A DNA stretch of 63,585 bases, filler included, from Chrysochromulina tobinii (Eukaryota): NCBI GenBank assembly GCA_001275005.1. It is 6 parts of 6 records of this genome, joined end to end, with 100 filler letters (N's around TTAATTAATTAA, not from the genome) between each part and the next. Parts side by side here need not be neighbours in the genome. Positions count along the whole stretch, not along the records: positions 55,048 to 60,652 come from JWZX01000281.1; positions 60,753 to 63,585 come from JWZX01000288.1; 4 more parts are not named here. One strand, 5' to 3'. A model generated the notes under the pieces. The model was not told the DNA's origin, did no database searches, and saw nothing but the letters and a program-made list of their open reading frames with translations. A program made the position numbers and the translations under genes. Below are positions 57,930 through 63,585 of this stretch, in pieces (position 1 is the first letter of the stretch; each line of letters opens with the position of its first letter).

Positions 57930-59711
57930 GTGGCGAAGGCACACCAGCCCATAGAGGCGATGGAGGAGGAGGCGAGGGCGGCGGCAAGGGCGGCGGCAAG
58001 GGCGGCGACAAGGGCGGCGGCAGGGGTGGCGGCGGCGGCGGCGGCGGGGGCGGCGAGGAGTACTGGGTGTCGCTGCTGAGCATGCTTCAGCAGCGAGAAT
58101 CTCTTATCAGCGGTGGTCTTCTCCTTCTCAAAGGCACGTCGCGACGGTTGCCCACTGTGATTGCCACTGATTGCTTCTCGGGGCGCGAGAAGAGCCTTGA
58201 AGCCTGCTCCGATTGGCATCGTGACTGCCTCTCTCATCAGGTACTCGGAGACGCTCAGGACGTGCACCGACCTTCACTGCGCCGTGCGGCAGAGGAGGCG
58301 AAGCGGCGCCTTGCCCTAGCACAGCAGCAACCGCCCTTGCCGTTGGGACACGATGAGCTCGCGTTGGAATTTGTACGCTTGCCACGGGTGAAGCTGCTGC
58401 TGCGCAATGTGCTGCTCGTGGTGTACTCGTGCCTCTTTGTTCTTGTGCTGCTCGCGCGCGGATGCTCGAGCTTCTCTTTCTGTGGTGGATGTTCAATTTG
58501 GTCTAAGATTACGCGTCGCAGCACGCTCGACGCGCCTCGCCGGGCGCCTCTTCTCTCAACACTCCCGGCACGACTATCGGGGTCAACCTCTTCCCGATTG
58601 CCTTCGGCCTCGTGAGGTGCGCTGTTTAGCGGCGGCGGCTGGTGGCCGAAGCGGTGGTCCATGTTGACCGACCACCGCCGTCGCCGCCGTCGCCGTCGTC
58701 GCCTCTCTTCCCTCCCCCCAACCGCCCTCGCTTTCCGGGGGGGTGTGGGCCAGCGTGCACTGGGGTCGCCACCTGTCGAGCGTCGACGTGGCCGACGGCA
58801 CGCAGGATGAGACCCTGTGGGGTGCCGCGGATATTTTTCTGCTCATCCTTGGGATGTGCGCCAATCCGAGGCTATTCGTCTGCTCAACCTGCTCGCTCAG
58901 CGCTACATCCGGGGCGTTCTGATGATCATCTCGGGTCGGCCAGTCGCTGTTCTGGCTCTACGTGATGGCCTCTCAAGCGCTGCTCGTCAACTTGGTCGGT
59001 TGGGCAACACTTACCAAAGGTACAATGTCGATGCCGAGCAGGAGGTCGGCTTCGACCGCGGCGTATCTTTCGCGGGCGCGCCTGCTTTGCTGTGCCGCCG
59101 CTCTTGATCTGCCCTGCCCGAGGTCGCACTGCCGGTGCGGATGGGTACGAGCCAGGCGACTTTGCTGCGGACTTGGGTGCTCGGACGGCGATGGGTGATA
59201 TTAATCTGGAAGGGTGATGATCCTCGCGTGGACGGCCTGGAGGGGGAGAATGAGAAGCGCGAGGTGCTCCCCGGATTGCCTTGGATTGCCTCTGGTGAGC
59301 ACCGATTGCCTCACTTACGTCGTCACGTGCTCGACGTGAATTTTATTTGTAGCGGTCTAGCGACATGTTGACGTTCGCCGTACGGGATAGACTTGATCGC
59401 ATTTACCATGTATACAGAGCCTTTAACGCATTTTTGCTAAGTATGTCGTATACATTGTACATAATGCAGTGACCAATCCGTCCGTCGTACCCGCTGAACC
59501 GCTATGAGGAGCCTGTTAGCATGGGTGTCAGAGTCTTTCATTCATGATCAGTCCTCCACCGGTACATTGTCATCGAAATTCATCGCGACATCCATGCCCA
59601 CATCGCGCTGCCCCCCACAGACCACGGCCAGAGTCGAGGGCCTCTCGGCCGGCCGCGTTGCTGTTGCCGACTTGCCGTCTAGCACGTCCGGCCTCGCGAC
59701 GGTTGATAGAG

Positions 59712-60652
59712 TTACGACGCGAGCCCCAGCCGTGCGAGCTCCGCGGAATTTCGCGCCATTGCTGCATTCCGTTTTTGCTCGTAGGCCGAGGTCTCCACCT
59801 CTGTGTACGGGACCTCCTCCTCGAGTTTCAGCATCGCCGCAACTGTCATCTCCACTCGTCTAGCCGATGGCTGGTATGCCAATCCTTCTGTCACCGCTCG
59901 CAAAAACTTTTCCTTGGCGTCGGACGCCACTCTCTTGACCTTGCTACTCGCTCCCAGTCTCCAAACGTACTCGTAGCCCTCGTCGAATCCCATGATGTTG
60001 GCCTCCTTTACCTGCTCGAGCCCTTTTCTGGCGTAATCTTCGCCCAGCCAATGAACGTATGCGTGCCCCTCTGCTGCTACCTTGGACGGCTTCTTCGACT
60101 GATATGACTCGTCCGTCACGACCCAAGCTGGCCAGGGTTTTCCGTCCAGTCCCTTGGCCCAGACGACCGGGCACGAGTTCCTGTTTGAGCAAACGGGCAC
60201 GCGTGGGGGGCACCCACACCGTAAGCCAGCGCGGCAACGTGGCGGGCAATCTCAGTGATGGTTTGAACCGCAATCGGCGGCTCACTCGTGCTTGCGCTTG
60301 CGTCTCGGATCTGTCGGCGGCTCTTGAAGAATGTTCCCCAAGCCGTCGAGCCAAGCTAGGTTGCCATCATCGAATTGCGTCCCTAGATGGAGCCATTGTT
60401 GTTCGCCGTCGTCGAATCGGACGAGGTGGGGTCGCTCGTTAGTGGACGAGTATTGGACAACTTGGCCGCCGTAAGAGTGGACGTTGCCGTCCGTGCCGTC
60501 CATGGCGACGCGGACCCTGTGGTCCACAACTTGCGCGGCCCATGGGCGAGCAGGGGCGTATCTGACCACGCCGCCGCTGATTCCGCCGACACTGCCGTCA
60601 CCGCTTCCACCATCGCCGCCGCGGCCGCTGCCACTGATGCCTCCGCCCCCGC
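59712..60652 (-). CDS. 3' part of a Tudor-like plus PWWP chromatin-reader protein
   Basis: Tudor-like YGGQVVQY...HLVRFDDGEQQWLHL; intron 60285-60181; PWWP VVWAKGLDGKPWPAWV...YVHWLG...F; C-terminal SAYEQKRNAAMARN..L..LGL. The 5' part is lost in the gap. Confidence 0.8.
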
Positions 60653-60752
60653 NNNNNNNNNNNNNNNNNNNNNNNNNNNNNNNNNNNNNNNNNNNNTTAA
60701 TTAATTAANNNNNNNNNNNNNNNNNNNNNNNNNNNNNNNNNNNNNNNNNNNN
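60653..60752. other. assembly linker or gap
   Basis: N44-TTAATTAATTAA-N44. Confidence 0.99.
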
Positions 60753-60753
60753 C

Positions 60754-63585
60754 CGCAGCCCGACGCCCTCGACCAGACCCAAGGACCCGTATCTCGTCTA
60801 CAATCAACCCGGGCACCAGAAGAAGCCCACGAACGAGAGCCTTCCGACGCACCCTTCACCACCGCGCGCGACGAAAAACTCACCGCACACGACGATCCCG
60901 ACGACGCAAGCCGCGGCCGCAGCAACACCGCAGGCGGCAAAGCCGGCAAGCATTACCGCACGGCCGCACGGCGATCGCACGCGCACGCGCACCGCGCGCA
61001 ACGTCACCTCACCGAGCACCGTCATCAACACCACCAAGCCGCGCGCGCCCTCCCCATCGTCGACGGCCGTCAAGAAGTGTGCTGCGGCCAACCCCGCGGC
61101 GCAATTGCAGCCGAAGCAGGCCGCGATCGCCACGAAGCCACACGACGCGAAGTTGCGCAACGCAAAGCTGAGCAACGTCACCGAGCGCAACACGCCGGCC
61201 ACGATCGTCTCCATCGACGCTGCCAAGCCTTGGCACGCACTCTGGACGGCCGACAACACCACCGCGACGCGCATCGCAGACGTCTTCTCCGGCACTGTCG
61301 TGAAGATGCCACGCGATGGCACTTGCCTCCTCCACTCGCTCCTTAACTCGCTCAAGCTGGGCGACGCCAAGGAGATGCGTGAGCAGGTGACAACCTGGCT
61401 CAGGGCCAACCCGAACCACCCGTTCGCCGGAACCACCCTCGCCGACCTCGCATTCGGCGAGACGGGCGAGCAATGGCAAGAGTACTGTAACCGCATGCAG
61501 CATGAACATGTATGGGCCGGCATACCCGAGCTCGTCGCATCCGCGCATGTCTACCGTGCATGCATCAGGGTATTCGCGAACGCCGGCCCCGGCCGCTTCC
61601 ACCTCTGGGCCGTCCTCGGCGAGATGCCCACGGTACTCAACGCCAGTATCCCACCGATTGACGTCGTATACGGGTCGAACCACTACGACTCTCTGGTCGG
61701 CACGCGACTTTTGAAACCGTGGGAGCACGAGGCCAAGCAGACCGACAAGTTGGCGACGCCCGCGCCGCACAAGCCCGAGAAGACCGTCGTGCCGGCCGCG
61801 CCCAAGGAGCCGGCGACACCCGCGCAGCGCGAGCTCGAGAAGACCGCCGCGTCGGCCACGCCCAAGGAGCCGGAGACGACCGCGAACGAACTCGTGCACG
61901 CGGAACTGGACTCCGCGAAGGAGGCGACCGTGCTGGAGCGCCTCGAACAACAGCGCCGTTCGACGCCGCTCGACTTGCAAGCACTCCTTGCCCATCCGGA
62001 CCCCCTCCCGATGCTCGGGGAGCTCCTCTACCAACTCATCGAGTGCCACAACGTGGAGCTGCCTGGCAAGATCACGGGCATGCTGCTCGAAGGGCTGTCT
62101 TTGGACGAGCTGCACTCGCTGCTCGCGAGCTTGCCCCCTGGAGACGCGGCCGCCGCGCTCGCTTCATGGATCAGCGCCGCACGGCAGACCTTACTTGAGG
62201 CCGCCGAGGCCATCACCGACGAGCACCATACCGAGCTAGCAACTGCCGCACTCTGCAAGCCCGAGGCGCATGGCGTGTCGACCGCGCCCAAGGAGCCGGT
62301 GGTGCCGGCACCAGACAAGCCCGAAAGGTACGACGAGCTGACTGCACCCGAGAAGTTTGCACCCGACGCGCCCAAGAAAATCAGGAAGGCGCGGTCTGCC
62401 GGGCAGAGACGACGTCGTATGCACCGAAAACGAGATGCGCGCAGGGCACGCGATCGCTGCCAGAAGCTCAAGGCGCGCGAGGAACTTGCCGCGCGCGAGA
62501 GCAAGGCGCGCGAAGAGCTTGCCACGCGCGAAGAGCTCGCGAAGTCCGAAGCACGTCGAGCCCGCGAACAGCACGAGACTTGGAAGAAGCGCGACGAGTC
62601 ACGCGCATCGGACCAGGCGTGTCAGCTGGCCGAGACACTGCTCAAGGACTTGCCTCGACCGGAGACCGTCGACTGGAGCCCAACCTTCAAGGTGGGAGAT
62701 ACCAACAGGGCGCGAGTGACCGACGAGCGTGCAACCCACGTACTACTCCTGTTTGCTGCCGTTGACACTCCCATGCCACCCCCACTCGGCATCGCGCTGT
62801 GCGCATCCATTCTGCGCTCGACGCCGCACGCGCCCTACCTACGAGGGGCAGCCCCGAGGGTGTTCGGCAAGGCCACGCCGAAGGCGAAGACCAAGGAGGA
62901 GAAGGACTCGGAGCAGGTAAGGGAACCGAAGCCCTACTTCCCCCCCAACTCGGTGAGCGCACGCCACATCCGCCGCTCACCCTTGGGGCACCGGGGCACC
63001 GTTGGCGACAGCCCCAAGGAACGTCGTCATAAGATCGTAGCCGCCATCAAATCCCATCGGTGCAAGCATACGATGGTCGTCATCCCGCGATCCAGCCGAA
63101 GCCCCTGGCACTACGTGCCCCAGCGACGCCTGCTACGCCTACAACGCCGTAAGCCTGCTGGCCCAATCGAAGCCAAGTGCCACGAACAGCCGTTACAATC
63201 GCGACGCCGCCGCCTCCGCGAAGGCCGCAGGACTTCGAGAAGGCAGCGCGCTTGCGCCGAGGCCCCCTGCATCCGGCCCCGCACCGCAACGTGCAGCACT
63301 ACCTGCCCCCCGACCAGCCGCCGCACCACGACCCACGCGGCGCTCTGCGCGACGATCGTCCCAATGAACGGCGTGACGGTCCAGCTCTCCATCGCCCTCT
63401 GGGACACTCCGGCGCCGATCGCAGCCACGAGGGTTGCCCCCATGCACCACGACGTCATCCACGCCGCTAGCCCCACGACGCCCCAGGCGACTGTTGTCGT
63501 GCTCGAAGGTGTACCGCCCCCGATCGCAGTGCCCGCTGTCGTGCCCGGATTGCCCGTAGCGCCGCCCCCGGTCGGCATGAGCTTG
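60754..63585 (+). CDS. partial intronless ORF (>940 codons, open at both ends) with OTU deubiquitinase and MLLE/PABC domains
   Basis: Frame starting at 60754, absent from the ORF track because it has no stop. OTU motifs MPRDGTCLLHS (61306), WAGIPEL and SNHYDSL (~61690); MLLE motif LGELLYQLIECHNVELPGKITGMLLE (62014-62091). Confidence 0.8.

Noticed and set aside
60804..62525. Minus-strand ORFs of 165-368 aa
   Set aside because: Antisense shadows of the plus-strand OTU-MLLE frame. The same applies to most long antisense ORFs in this GC-rich window.

Overview
Eukaryotic, GC-rich, intron-containing DNA. Gene families and intron style suggest a haptophyte alga such as Chrysochromulina (inference). 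The window is six sequence blocks joined by five artificial 100-bp N-TTAATTAATTAA-N linkers. Positions 1-40 kb are a compact gene-dense region with a CNNM transporter, GT25, A20/AN1 protein, RBR E3 ligase plus a truncated duplicate, a sulfotransferase-like gene, FkbM methyltransferase, a Pif1 helicase with an RNase H1-like N-terminus, IQ, PH, SGNH, DCN1, a large TPR protein, phosducin-like, SND2/TMEM208, DMT, Nup54 and a TPR-GT4 gene. Positions 40.7-55 kb encode secreted or surface Ser-Pro-rich, Pmp-like parallel beta-helix repeat protein(s). The most striking signal is at 50961-54947. There the beta-helix coils are split by 23 related phase-0 introns, and ten in-frame microexons of 3, 6 or 9 nt encode the variable loop residues between coils. 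The neighbouring modules at 46.5-50.9 kb encode the same repeats with no introns. Other notable signals are introns built from TGATTG/CTGATG microsatellites that duplicate their own splice junctions, an intronless OTU+MLLE ORF, and a fold-back element with inward-facing telomere-like repeats. All gene models and splice sites were read by eye and none is confirmed by transcripts or database searches.
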